From an uncultured Collinsella sp. (GTDB lineage: Bacteria > Actinomycetota > Coriobacteriia > Coriobacteriales > Coriobacteriaceae), in assembly GCA_958407555.1 (NCBI GenBank), contig CATYJC010000001.1, positions 1,188 through 65,187 on the forward strand: DNA of 64,000 nucleotides. The letters run 5' to 3'. The first letter of the stretch is position 1, and every line of letters begins with the position of its first letter. Under the pieces are notes generated by a model. That model was not told the origin of the DNA and searched no databases. It saw only the letters and a program-made list of their open reading frames with translations. Shown here piece by piece: positions 36,745 to 46,466 of the stretch. Position numbers and translations under genes: made by a program.

Positions 36745-38544
36745 TTAGGCCTTCTTGCGACGATAGAGCACGAAGCCGCAGACACCGATGATGACGATGG
36801 CGACAACGGCCATGGCGGCCATGTTGTTGCCCTCGGACTTCTCCTCGGTCGCCTCTTCCTCAACCTCGGGCTCGGCAACGTCCTCATCGGAGAGGGCCTC
36901 GTCGGCGTAGGTGATGGACTCGACTAGGCAGTCGTTGTCGGCATCGTAGTCACTCGGGACGAACTCCTCGGAGAAGTCGCCCTCCTTGAGGTAGTCGCGC
37001 ATCTCCTCGAGCATGGCCTTGCACTTGACGTAGGTGTTCTTGGTCGCTGCCTTGCCGGCCTTGTTGGCCAGGGCGGTCCGAGCCTCGGTGTCCTCGGCGG
37101 CCTGCATGGCCTCGTCGACGGTCAGGTTCTGCTCGATGAGCTCCTTCTGCAGGGCGTCGAGGTAGGCGCGGACGCCGGCGGCGCAGTGGTCGCGGTTCTC
37201 ATAGGCGAGCGTGTTGATGTCCATGAGGACGTAGTTGACGGAGTTCTTGGGCTCCTCGTTGTTCACGACGTCTTCCTCTTCACAGTGATCGAAGGAGACA
37301 TCCTGATCGCTGAAGTAGGGGCTGACCTCGGTGAGCAGTGCGGAATAAAGGGGGATAGCGACGGAGAACTCGGCGTTGGAGAGCATCTCCCACTGGATGG
37401 TCGCGATCTCGGGATCCATGCCGTGACGGATCTGGAAGGTGTGGATTTCGGTGTTGCGGTTGGAGCCGATGGCATAGGCGCCGTCGGTGTTGGCGTTGAG
37501 GCCGGCGACATTCTCGCCGCGAGCGGCGAAGGAACGAATCATCTCAAAGGTGTTCCAGTCGGATTTGCCGGGCGTAAAGAACAGCGGCTGCATCTCGTGG
37601 ACCAGGGCGCCGGTCGTGGCACGAGCGTCTTCGCGCTCGTCCTTGACGATCTCGTAGTCGGTGCCCTCGGTAAGCGGAGCCATGAAGTAATCGCGGCCCT
37701 GGACATAGCGCGACCACTGGTGCATACCGGCCTCGCTAATCTCCTCACCGTAAGTCTTGGCGACGTCGAACTTGCCGTCGGTGTACTCGGCAAAGCCCTT
37801 CTCCTTAGGCATGGACTCGATGCCTTCGGAGTGGAGGCAGTTCTCGGTGTCGTCGAGGTCGACGTCATAGGTGAGGTTGCCGATGTTGGGATTGAGCGAG
37901 GCGATATCGTCGGTGAGCCTCATGGCAATCCACTGATGGCCGGAAAGCGCTGCAAACAGCCAGGTCTCGTTGTTGTCGGCAATGATGATCTGGTCGTTGG
38001 AGCAGACGCCCTGCTCGTCAATCAGGCTGCCGAGGAGCTCGACACCCTCGCGGGCCGTGGCGCTCTCGCCCAGAATGACGCTGGCGTAGTTGTACTCGCC
38101 GATGCCGGTCTCCTCGGTGACGGGGTCGGCTTCCTCTGCCTTCTCGTTATAGGAGGTGCTCAGCGTGGCAGAGCAGGAAACGCCCTTCTCGTTGATGCCA
38201 GCCTCGGAATATGCATCGTAACGATCTTCCCACTGAGAGGGGTTGTCGCGAACGAAGGTGTAGCGGTAGGTTGCGCCCTTGGACTTGTACTCAAAGCCGG
38301 ACTCGATCGAGGTGTACTTGCTGCCGTCCTTGTGTGCGGGCTCGATGCCAAAGTGCTTGATGTAGCGCGGGCCGAAGTCCTCGGAGCGGCCGTAGTACGT
38401 GTTGCCGTCTGCCGTGAGCTGGCTGCCCATGTAGATCTGGGTGCAAGCGAGCGCCGAAGTCGGCATGGCCATAATGGCCGCTGCTCCAAATGCAAGGCCG
38501 CAGCCAAGCTTCTTGAGCGTGTTGACAGGATGAGTAAACCTCAT
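36745..38544 (-). CDS. Secreted, C-terminally anchored C69-family dipeptidase (Ntn hydrolase)
   Basis: Signal peptide ending ALA|CTQIYMG (N-terminal Cys nucleophile), T.DG..YYGRSED, EAGINEKGV..SAT, ATAREGVELLG; C-terminal TM plus RRKKA. Confidence 0.85.
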   Translation of the reverse strand: MRFTHPVNTLKKLGCGLAFGAAAIMAMPTSALACTQIYMGSQLTADGNTYYGRSEDFGPRYIKHFGIEPAHKDGSKYTSIESGFEYKSKGATYRYTFVRDNPSQWEDRYDAYSEAGINEKGVSCSATLSTSYNEKAEEADPVTEETGIGEYNYASVILGESATAREGVELLGSLIDEQGVCSNDQIIIADNNETWLFAALSGHQWIAMRLTDDIASLNPNIGNLTYDVDLDDTENCLHSEGIESMPKEKGFAEYTDGKFDVAKTYGEEISEAGMHQWSRYVQGRDYFMAPLTEGTDYEIVKDEREDARATTGALVHEMQPLFFTPGKSDWNTFEMIRSFAARGENVAGLNANTDGAYAIGSNRNTEIHTFQIRHGMDPEIATIQWEMLSNAEFSVAIPLYSALLTEVSPYFSDQDVSFDHCEEEDVVNNEEPKNSVNYVLMDINTLAYENRDHCAAGVRAYLDALQKELIEQNLTVDEAMQAAEDTEARTALANKAGKAATKNTYVKCKAMLEEMRDYLKEGDFSEEFVPSDYDADNDCLVESITYADEALSDEDVAEPEVEEEATEEKSEGNNMAAMAVVAIVIIGVCGFVLYRRKKA

Positions 38545-38771
38545 GATCCCTCCCAACTGTTGAAACCCCGCGAAACCGTACGGAGCTTCAGCTAATAAAT
38601 ACATCTACTAGCCTAAAGGAAGTGTAAAGAGTATTCATTTGACAAAAGGATTTACTCGATGAGCGCGAAGAAATATACGATGAGCGGATAATAATACTCA
38701 TTTTATAGCTTTAGTTAAATAAAGGCACCCTGCATTTACTATAGCTGAATAAAGCGCCAGGCAGTGCTCAA

Positions 38772-38819
38772 AAAGGAAACTCTCCCGCTGTTTAGGATTT
38801 GCATAAACAGCGGGAGAGT
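38772..38819 (-). terminator. Terminator after the small membrane peptide gene
   Basis: ACTCTCCCGCTGTTTA..TAAACAGCGGGAGAGT stem; TTCCTTTTT tail on the minus strand. Confidence 0.75.
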
Positions 38820-38852
38820 CGATAACTGGATGAATATCATACCAATGTGGAT

Positions 38853-38945
38853 TTACTTCTTTCGGCGATGAATCACATTGATAGCGTAACCGACGAGCAT
38901 GGCCAAGACGATGACGATAAAGCCAATCAGGGGATTGTCGTTCAT
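38853..38945 (-). CDS. 30-aa single-TM small protein MNDNPLIGFIVIVLAMLVGYAINVIHRRKK
   Basis: AGGAGGA RBS overlapping the upstream stop; hydrophobic helix plus basic tail; followed by a terminator. Confidence 0.65.
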   Translation of the reverse strand: MNDNPLIGFIVIVLAMLVGYAINVIHRRKK

Positions 38946-38954
38946 GGGGTCCTC

Positions 38955-39872
38955 CTATTTTCCGAGCGGTGAAAATTCGTCGACGATGAGGTCGAGACAT
39001 TGCGGAAGCGCGCGGGCGCCAAAGACGCCGGAGTTGCTGGAGATGATCTCACCATCGAACTGCATGCCCAGCGATGGCGTGCAGGTGATCTTGGCTTCCT
39101 TGGTCTGGATGATCTTAAACTGCGGACGGCCGAGCAATTTGCCAGCGGGGTCAAGCGCGGCGGTAATTACCGTGGGGAGCAGCTGCACCGTGCGTACGGG
39201 CTCAATAACGACGATGTCGACCATGCCGTCGTCCATGCGGCAGTTAGGGAATAGGTTGATGTCGTTTTGGATGACCGAGGTATTGCCTGCCATGCAGCAG
39301 ATGCCGTCGAGCTCCTCGACAATGCCGTCGTGCTCAATGGTGAAGTGCGCCACCGTGGGGTTGGGTGTGGCGAGTGCCGACAGGAAATAGGCGATCTCGC
39401 CAATGTCGTTTTTGGTGGGAGCGGCCTTCATCATGATCTCGGCGTCGAAGCCCGAGCCGGCGATGATGATGAAGCCGTGGCGCTTCTCGTTACCGTTCTC
39501 GTCGAGCCAAAAGAGCTCACCCATGTCCACCTTGACCGTGCGGCCGGCGCGACAAGCCTTGGCGAGTGCCGCCGCCTCGGGGGCATTGCCGATGTTGTTA
39601 AAGAACAGGCAAGCCGTGCCGGAGGGGAAGACGAGCGTAGGGACACCGCACCCGCGCATCTGGTCGAGCACGTTGGAGACGGTGCCATCGCCGCCCGAAA
39701 CGACCACGCGATCGAACTCGCGAACGTCCGCTACCGCGTTCTCGGGCTCCATGCCATCGCCGATAAAGCGCATTACGACCTCGTCGCCGCCCTGTGCAAG
39801 GGCGTGCGTGAATGCGTAGATTTCATCGGAGCTGGGACCCGATGCCGGGTTGTGGATGATAAGGCAGCGCAT
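38955..39872 (-). CDS. Diacylglycerol/lipid kinase family protein (YegS/DAGK-like)
   Basis: IIHNPASG, VSGGDGTV, PSGT, G.GFDA, MDDG..D, QFDGE. Confidence 0.9.
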   Translation of the reverse strand: MRCLIIHNPASGPSSDEIYAFTHALAQGGDEVVMRFIGDGMEPENAVADVREFDRVVVSGGDGTVSNVLDQMRGCGVPTLVFPSGTACLFFNNIGNAPEAAALAKACRAGRTVKVDMGELFWLDENGNEKRHGFIIIAGSGFDAEIMMKAAPTKNDIGEIAYFLSALATPNPTVAHFTIEHDGIVEELDGICCMAGNTSVIQNDINLFPNCRMDDGMVDIVVIEPVRTVQLLPTVITAALDPAGKLLGRPQFKIIQTKEAKITCTPSLGMQFDGEIISSNSGVFGARALPQCLDLIVDEFSPLGK

Positions 39873-39970
39873 ACTTACGTTCCCGTTCTGTGACTAACCG
39901 AGTATAGTTGTAGAGCAATGCCGATATCCTACCCGTGTTTTTCGGGCCTAACCTTATTCGATGGGTTGAT

Positions 39971-41104
39971 ATGTACATTTCCACACATCAGGCTCTGGTC
40001 GACTTTTGCCAGCGCGCCCGCGAGTTCGACGCGATCGCCGTCGACACCGAGTTTTTGCGCGAGCGCACGTTTCATCCGCGCCTGTGCCTGGTCCAGATTG
40101 CCACCCCCGCCGAGAGTGTCGCGGTCGATCCGCTGGTGATCGACGACCTCTCGCCGCTTGCCGAGCTTATGGCCGACGAGGGCGTGGTCAAGGTATTCCA
40201 TGCTTGCTCGCAGGACATGGAAGTTATGCTCCACACCGTGGGCGTACTGCCGCGACCGATTTTTGACACACAGGTTGCCGCCGCCTTTTTGGGCGAGCGC
40301 CAGCAGATTTCGTATGGTGCGCTCGTTCAGACATTCTGCGGCGTATCGCTGCCCAAGACCGAGTCGCTGACCGATTGGTCGCGCCGCCCGCTGAGCGATA
40401 AGCAGATCGAGTACGCGATCGATGACGTCAAGTACTTGATCGTCGCCTATACCGAGATGATGAGCCGCCTGCGCGAGCTGGGCCGCGTGGACTGGGTGCT
40501 CGACGAGTTGCGTCCTCTGGCCGACGAGTCGCACTACCGTGCCGATCGCCATGAGGCATTCCGCAAGGTCAAGCGCATCAACTCGTGTAGCCGCCATCAG
40601 CTGGGCATTGCGCGTGAGCTTGCCGCCTGGCGTGAAGACCGCGCTGAGCGCCGCAATATCCCGCGCAAGTGGGTTATGTCCGACGATACGCTGCTAGCCC
40701 TGGTTAAGCGCAATCCCGTGCGTGTCGAGGAGTTCCGCAGCATCCGCGGTACCGACCAGCTGGGAGAGCGCGACGTGGATGGCGCGTTGATGGCCATCAA
40801 GCGCGGCGCGAGCTGCCCGCGCGATCGCCTGCCGCTCATGGTGCGCGGACATCGCCAGATTTCGCCGGAGCTTGAGAGCGTGACCGACCTTATGTATGCG
40901 CTTATTCGCCTGGTTGCCGAACGCTCGGGCGTGGCGACCTCGGTCATTGCCTCGCGCGATGACCTGGCCGACTACATTGAGCATCCTGAGCAAAGTCCCC
41001 TGCGCGAAGGCTGGCGTTTTGAGCTTGTGGGTTCGCGTCTGGACGATCTGCTTTCCGGCAATATGGGACTCACCGTGAAGGACGGCAAAATCGAGCTCCT
41101 GTAG
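39971..41104 (+). CDS. rnd: Ribonuclease D
   Basis: IAVDTEFLRERTFHPRLCLVQI, KVFHACSQD, FDTQVAA, TDWSRRPLS..Q..YA.DDV, HRDC region, GWR. Confidence 0.95.
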   Translation: MYISTHQALVDFCQRAREFDAIAVDTEFLRERTFHPRLCLVQIATPAESVAVDPLVIDDLSPLAELMADEGVVKVFHACSQDMEVMLHTVGVLPRPIFDTQVAAAFLGERQQISYGALVQTFCGVSLPKTESLTDWSRRPLSDKQIEYAIDDVKYLIVAYTEMMSRLRELGRVDWVLDELRPLADESHYRADRHEAFRKVKRINSCSRHQLGIARELAAWREDRAERRNIPRKWVMSDDTLLALVKRNPVRVEEFRSIRGTDQLGERDVDGALMAIKRGASCPRDRLPLMVRGHRQISPELESVTDLMYALIRLVAERSGVATSVIASRDDLADYIEHPEQSPLREGWRFELVGSRLDDLLSGNMGLTVKDGKIELL

Positions 41105-41168
41105 GGAAGCCTAGCCGCTTGAGTGGGTAGAATGCGTCCAACGTGTAACTCGATTCGGAGGAATTCGC

Positions 41169-41873
41169 ATGCCCTATTACTATGGTTACGGCTTTGGCAT
41201 CGACCCGCTGTACCTGCTGGTTGTTCTTGTTTGTACAGTGCTTGGCCTTGCTGCGCAGAGCTATATCAACTCGACGTACAAGACCTGGTCCAAGGTTCGC
41301 TCGGACGGCGATACGGGTGCCACGGTCGCTCGCCGCATGCTCGACGCCAACGGTTGCAACGCCGTGGGTATCAAGGGCGTGGCTGGTGAGCTCACCGACC
41401 ACTACAACCCGCAGGATAACAACCTGTATCTCTCGGACGCCAACCGTTCGGGCGGGTCGGTCGCAAGCGTTGCCGTCGCCTGCCACGAGGCGGGCCATGC
41501 CGCCCAGCGTCAAAGCGGTTACGCCATGATGAAGGTGCGCACCGCCCTGGTCCCAGTCGTCAACTTTACCCAGAACACCTGGACCATCGTGTTGCTCTTG
41601 GGCCTGTTTATGAACATTGCCGGGCTCACGACCCTCGCGTTGATCTTCTTCTCGTTTAGCGTGCTGTTCCAACTCGTTACGTTGCCTGTCGAGATTGACG
41701 CCAGCCGACGCGCTGTGGCGTACATCGAGCAGTCGGGTATGAGTTCCAAACAGGTCAGCGGCGCCAAGAAGGTGCTGACGGCAGCCGCGCTTACCTATGT
41801 GGCCGCAGCGCTCACTTCGATCATTCAGCTGCTCTACCTTATGGCTCGCTACAACAGAAACTCCAACCGATAA
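41169..41873 (+). CDS. Membrane zinc metallopeptidase (YugP/Zn_peptidase_2)
   Basis: LTDHYNP, VAVACHEAGHA.Q, FQLVTLPVE.DAS.RA, VL.AAALTYVAA. Confidence 0.9.
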   Translation: MPYYYGYGFGIDPLYLLVVLVCTVLGLAAQSYINSTYKTWSKVRSDGDTGATVARRMLDANGCNAVGIKGVAGELTDHYNPQDNNLYLSDANRSGGSVASVAVACHEAGHAAQRQSGYAMMKVRTALVPVVNFTQNTWTIVLLLGLFMNIAGLTTLALIFFSFSVLFQLVTLPVEIDASRRAVAYIEQSGMSSKQVSGAKKVLTAAALTYVAAALTSIIQLLYLMARYNRNSNR

Positions 41874-41988
41874 TAAATTGGCTTGACAGGCGCCGCGGAG
41901 ATTTGTGTCCCCGCGGCGCTGTACTATGTGTTGGATTTGAATTTGCGCAGGGCCGGAGCCCATGTGCACGATGACGAAAGGAGGCTGC

Positions 41989-43440
41989 GTGGCAGGCTGG
42001 AACCTAACCGGCAATGCCGTTTCCGCCGAGTTCGACGGCTCGGACGATCAGGAGCGCAAGGAGCTCAGCGTGAGCCAGGCGGTGGAGATCGCCGCCGGTG
42101 CGCTCGATGCCATTCCGCAGCTGAGCGTCTTGGGCGAGGTCACGGGTTTTCGTGGTCCTAACGCCCGAAGCGGCCACTGCTATTTCCAGATCAAGGACGA
42201 TTCGGCCGCCGTCGACTGCATCATCTGGAAGGGCGCCTATCTTAAGCGCACCTTCGATCTGCGCGACGGCATGCAGGTGAGCTTTAAGGGTAACTTCAAT
42301 CTCTATAAGCCCACGGGCCGCATGAGCTTTGTCGCTCGCTCGTTTTCGTTGGCGGGGGAGGGCCTGCTGCGTCAACAAGTGGCGCAACTGGCCGAAAAGC
42401 TACGCCGCGAGGGTTTGATGGATGAGGCGCGTAAGCGTCGCATCCCGGTGTTCTGCTCGCGCGTGGCGGTCGTCACCTCGCTTTCGGGTGCCGTAATCGA
42501 CGACGTCAAGCGCACATTGCGTCGTCGCAACCCGCTCGTCGAGCTCGTCTGCGTGGGTGCCAAGGTACAAGGCGAGGGCGCGCCGGCAGAGCTCATCGAG
42601 GGCCTGCGCCGTGCCGCTGCCATTACGCCGGCGCCCGACTGCATCTTGCTGGTGCGCGGCGGTGGCTCCTTCGAGGACCTCATGACCTTTAATGACGAGG
42701 AGCTTGCCCGCGCGGTGGCGGCTTGTCCTGTGCCCGTGGTGACCGGTATTGGGCATGAGCCCGATACTTCGATCTGCGACATGGTGAGCGACCGTCGTGC
42801 CTCCACGCCCACGGCGGCGGCCGAATCGGTGGCGCCGGCTATGACGGAGTTGGCCGATGTGCTCGAGGCACGCCATCAGCGTCTTGGCGCCGCGATGGCA
42901 TCGATGATTGGGTCGAATCAGGTCGACCTGGAGATGCTCGATCAGCGTGGTCGCCGCGCTTGGAATACCTATACGGCCCGTCTGGGCGATGCACTCGATG
43001 CCGCCGCCTGCCGCCCGTGCCTCAACGACCCCACATTTATGGTCGAGCGTCGCGAATCGGAGCTTGCGCTGACTGCCGATCGCCTGTCGGGCGCCATAGT
43101 ACGCTCGGTCGGGACATTCCGCTCCAACTTCGAGCGTCTGCCCGAGCGTCTGGTTGCAAGCACCTCGGGGCTCGATGGCAAGCGCCATGCGCTCACGCTT
43201 GCGAGTTCCCGCCTGGAGCATCAGGGGCGCACGATGCTCAGCAAACCCGCGTCCGACCTGGGCCGTGCGGCAGCCTCGCTCGATGCCCTGTCGCCGCTCA
43301 AGGTGCTTGCCCGTGGCTATTCCATCGCGTACAGCGATGATGGGGTGGCTACGAGCGCCAGGACCTTTAAGCCCGGCGACGCCATCCGCGTGCGCATGGC
43401 AGACGGCAACGTGGCGGCAACGGTCGATACGGTCGAGTAG
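41989..43440 (+). CDS. xseA: Exodeoxyribonuclease VII large subunit
   Basis: GEV, SGHCYF.IKD, VVTSLSGAV..D, VQGEGA, RGGGSFEDL..FN.E, GIGHEPD..I.D..SD.RASTPTAAAE, LSPL.VL.RGY. Confidence 0.95.
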   Translation: MAGWNLTGNAVSAEFDGSDDQERKELSVSQAVEIAAGALDAIPQLSVLGEVTGFRGPNARSGHCYFQIKDDSAAVDCIIWKGAYLKRTFDLRDGMQVSFKGNFNLYKPTGRMSFVARSFSLAGEGLLRQQVAQLAEKLRREGLMDEARKRRIPVFCSRVAVVTSLSGAVIDDVKRTLRRRNPLVELVCVGAKVQGEGAPAELIEGLRRAAAITPAPDCILLVRGGGSFEDLMTFNDEELARAVAACPVPVVTGIGHEPDTSICDMVSDRRASTPTAAAESVAPAMTELADVLEARHQRLGAAMASMIGSNQVDLEMLDQRGRRAWNTYTARLGDALDAAACRPCLNDPTFMVERRESELALTADRLSGAIVRSVGTFRSNFERLPERLVASTSGLDGKRHALTLASSRLEHQGRTMLSKPASDLGRAAASLDALSPLKVLARGYSIAYSDDGVATSARTFKPGDAIRVRMADGNVAATVDTVE

Positions 43441-43482
43441 GCCGCATTTCATAGCTATAAACCTTTAGGAAAGGAAACAGAT

Positions 43483-43749
43483 ATGGCAGAGAAGACCCCG
43501 GTCGAGCAGCTTACGTACAAGCAGGCCTCGCAGGAGCTGGAACTCATCATCCGCAGCTTGGAGTCGGGCGATATGGAGCTCGAGGAGTCGCTCGAGAGCT
43601 ATACCCGCGGCGTCGAGCTCCTCAAGAGCCTGCGCACCCGCCTGTCCGATGCCGAGCAGAAGGTCTCGGTGCTCCTTAAGGACGTCGACGGCAACGACGT
43701 GCTCGCCGACGGCGAGGCCGCCAACACGGACGACAACCTCTCGTTCTAA
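43483..43749 (+). CDS. xseB: Exodeoxyribonuclease VII small subunit
   Basis: Y......LE.I...LE.G...LEESL..Y.RG..L.......L..AEQKV. Confidence 0.95.
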   Translation: MAEKTPVEQLTYKQASQELELIIRSLESGDMELEESLESYTRGVELLKSLRTRLSDAEQKVSVLLKDVDGNDVLADGEAANTDDNLSF

Positions 43750-43798
43750 CCATCCCGACCAAATATAATTACCTTGGTCTGTGAGAAAGGAACCTACC

Positions 43799-44134
43799 AT
43801 GTGTGATTGCATCTTCTGCAAAATTGCCAACCACGAGATCCCCTCGACCGTTGTCTATGAGGACGATCAGGTCATCGCGTTCGACGACCTCAACCCCCAG
43901 GCGCCGGTCCACACGCTCGTGATCCCCAAGAAGCACTACAGCGACATCGCCGACAACGTGCCTGCCGAGACCATGGGCGCCATGGCTCACGCCATCCAGG
44001 AGGTCGCTAAGGTCAAGGGTCTGGAGGACGGTTTCCGCGTCATCTCCAACAAGGGCGTCAACGCCGGCCAGACCGTCATGCACTTCCACATGCACGTCCT
44101 CGGCGGCAAAAACCTGGGCGAGAACCTCATCTGA
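43799..44134 (+). CDS. Histidine triad (HIT/Hint) nucleotide-binding protein
   Basis: DCIFCKIA, PQAPVHTLVIPKKH, GQTVMHFHMHVLGG. Confidence 0.95.
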   Translation: MCDCIFCKIANHEIPSTVVYEDDQVIAFDDLNPQAPVHTLVIPKKHYSDIADNVPAETMGAMAHAIQEVAKVKGLEDGFRVISNKGVNAGQTVMHFHMHVLGGKNLGENLI

Positions 44135-44175
44135 GGACGCGTAGCCCGTCGACTTGGCTGCCTTTGGAGTAATCT

Positions 44176-45066
44176 ATGCAGCTTTCTCAACTCGAATACC
44201 TTCAAGCGGTAGCGAACTATGGCGGCGTGCGCAAAGCAGCTCGCGCCGTTCATGTGAGTCCGCAGGCCGTTTCGTCGGCAATCAAAAAGTTGGAATCTGA
44301 GTATCAGATCGTTTTGCTCAACCGATCGGCGGGGGAGGCTGTTTTGTCTCCGGCGGGCAGAGAATTTGCGCGTCGTGCGCGCGTGATCCTGGCACAAGTC
44401 GACGATCTCAAAAAGTACGCTCAATCGAGGGATGACGGCGTCTCGCCCGACGGCCACTTTCGTCTTTACGCCCCTTGCCTTCATGGGCGGGGGCGCCTTT
44501 TTGTCGAAAACTGGTATGACTCGTTTGAAAGCTCGCACCCTCAGATTCACCTTGATGTGTGGCATCAGCCAACGGCTACATGCTTTGAATCACTTGTGCT
44601 TGGCATTTCGGATGCGGCCATTTCATTTGAGGAACCAAGGGACAGTGTCCTTTCTTCGAAATACTTGGGTGAAAAGGAGCTCAAGGTTCTTTCGTGCCCA
44701 GCTGGTCATCAATCTGTTGACGCTATGACCATTCGTGAGTTACTGGGCGGCAGGCTCGCTGTTCCAATTAATTTGTCACCCTGTCTCAATGCAATCAATC
44801 AATGTCCCGAAGCTCAGCTGGTTAATTTCCGCTTTCGCGATGTCGAATACGGAAACAGGGCGCAGGCTGAGTTTCTTCAAGCCGGGGGATTGATATTGAG
44901 TTTTTCTGGCTCTTCTCTCGCATCAGATGGATTGGAAGTGAGCGAGTGCTCCATTGAAGGCTCGCATGACGTGGCCTTGCCCATCTATTTTTGCTATCGA
45001 CAAAATGCCTGGACCGATCGACACCAGACGGTATTTCTTCACCTATTGCGTCATCTTGCTTCCTGA
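44176..45066 (+). CDS. LysR-family transcriptional regulator
   Basis: MQLSQLEYL.AVA......AA...HVSPQAVS.AIKKLE.E....L..R......L.PAG; divergent C-domain. Confidence 0.85.
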   Translation: MQLSQLEYLQAVANYGGVRKAARAVHVSPQAVSSAIKKLESEYQIVLLNRSAGEAVLSPAGREFARRARVILAQVDDLKKYAQSRDDGVSPDGHFRLYAPCLHGRGRLFVENWYDSFESSHPQIHLDVWHQPTATCFESLVLGISDAAISFEEPRDSVLSSKYLGEKELKVLSCPAGHQSVDAMTIRELLGGRLAVPINLSPCLNAINQCPEAQLVNFRFRDVEYGNRAQAEFLQAGGLILSFSGSSLASDGLEVSECSIEGSHDVALPIYFCYRQNAWTDRHQTVFLHLLRHLAS

Positions 45067-45185
45067 GGCCATTTGGCCTCGTGTCGTCAAGTGATTATTG
45101 ACGCCTTGCAACGCATAGCTGACAGCTTTGCCCCCATGCTTTTCCAAGATTCCGATTTAGATTGCTGACTCTTGGAGGGCGGAGC

Positions 45186-46346
45186 ATGAAAAACCGTACG
45201 GTTTTGCTTTATATGACGTTCGTTTTTCTGTCGAACTTCAGCACCATTTTGTATTTTCTGACGGTTTACCTTGAATTCGTCGGATTCTCGATGGTGGCGA
45301 TTTCTAGCATGATGATTGCATATCAAGTGAGCAAGTTCATTCTTGAGGTTCCTACTGGTTATATTGCTGACAGGTTTGGACGAAAGACAAGCGGCCTCGT
45401 TGGCATTGTGGGAATGCTTGGGTACTACGCCGCCCTGCTCTTCGTCCGATCTCCTCTGCTTTTAATCGGTGCGTTTGCTCTCAAGGGTTTTGCCGTTGCG
45501 TGTGTGAGCGGATCCATCGAAGCGATTTACATTGATAGCGTCTCTCAGGACCAACTCGTGAGACTTAATATCGTTGAGCGATTTGTCTTCTATGCGTCTT
45601 ATGCCCTCTCCGCTTGTGTGGGCGGTTTCATATCGTCCGCTGGCGCGTATCTCGTTGGGCTTTCGGTCGATATCATCACAATGGTGCTGACATTGGTTGT
45701 CGTTGTCTGTATTCCTGAGGTGAGAAGAGAGGACACCGCGGTGACACCTGGGCATGGAATGAGCCCGAAGATGATCGGTGCCGCTATTGCGGGTAATGGC
45801 ATTCTTCGGTCAGCGTTCATCATGGACTGTTCTCAGGCATTTGCCTTCGTCGCTCTGGAAGACTTTTTCTCACTGTTGCTTGCAGGCCGCGGAATGAATG
45901 CCGTCGCTTCGGGCGTGACCATTGCGGTCCAGCTCCTTGCCTCCGCCTCCATAGGGTTTATTGTGCCCAGCGTGATTGCTCGTGTCGACAAGGGCCGTTT
46001 TGCGCGTATTTGCGGCATCTTTCGCTTAGTATTGACAGCTTTGTTTTTGATTCCTCTTACTCCGGCTAATTTGCTGCCCGTGTTCTATGTGCTGCAGACG
46101 GTTGCGTACTCGTTGTTTGCCCCAATCAAATACTCAATTTTTCAAAATGCTGCCGATTCTTCGATGCGCTGTTCATTGATTTCGGTTCAAAGCCAGATGG
46201 TGGCGGTGGGTGCTGTTCTTTTCTATCTGCTCAACGCTGTGTTGAGTAGCGTTGCGGGCATTCGAGTCGTATTGCTTGTTGCACTCGGGATTTCTTCCCT
46301 GGTGTATATCCCCGCGCTCTTTCGTCTTACAAGTCAAAGGTCATGA
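45186..46346 (+). CDS. MFS transporter (efflux-type)
   Basis: EVPTGYIADRFGRK motif, SGSIEA; about 12 TM; AT-richer codon usage. Confidence 0.85.
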   Translation: MKNRTVLLYMTFVFLSNFSTILYFLTVYLEFVGFSMVAISSMMIAYQVSKFILEVPTGYIADRFGRKTSGLVGIVGMLGYYAALLFVRSPLLLIGAFALKGFAVACVSGSIEAIYIDSVSQDQLVRLNIVERFVFYASYALSACVGGFISSAGAYLVGLSVDIITMVLTLVVVVCIPEVRREDTAVTPGHGMSPKMIGAAIAGNGILRSAFIMDCSQAFAFVALEDFFSLLLAGRGMNAVASGVTIAVQLLASASIGFIVPSVIARVDKGRFARICGIFRLVLTALFLIPLTPANLLPVFYVLQTVAYSLFAPIKYSIFQNAADSSMRCSLISVQSQMVAVGAVLFYLLNAVLSSVAGIRVVLLVALGISSLVYIPALFRLTSQRS

Positions 46347-46466
46347 GTATTTAGGCACCGATAACTTATATATCAACGCAATAAACCCGAGCGCGAGGGC
46401 GTTTGGGTTTATTATTGAAGCGTATGTAACCTGGCGGCGCCACACCGCCTGTTAGTAGGGAGACAC

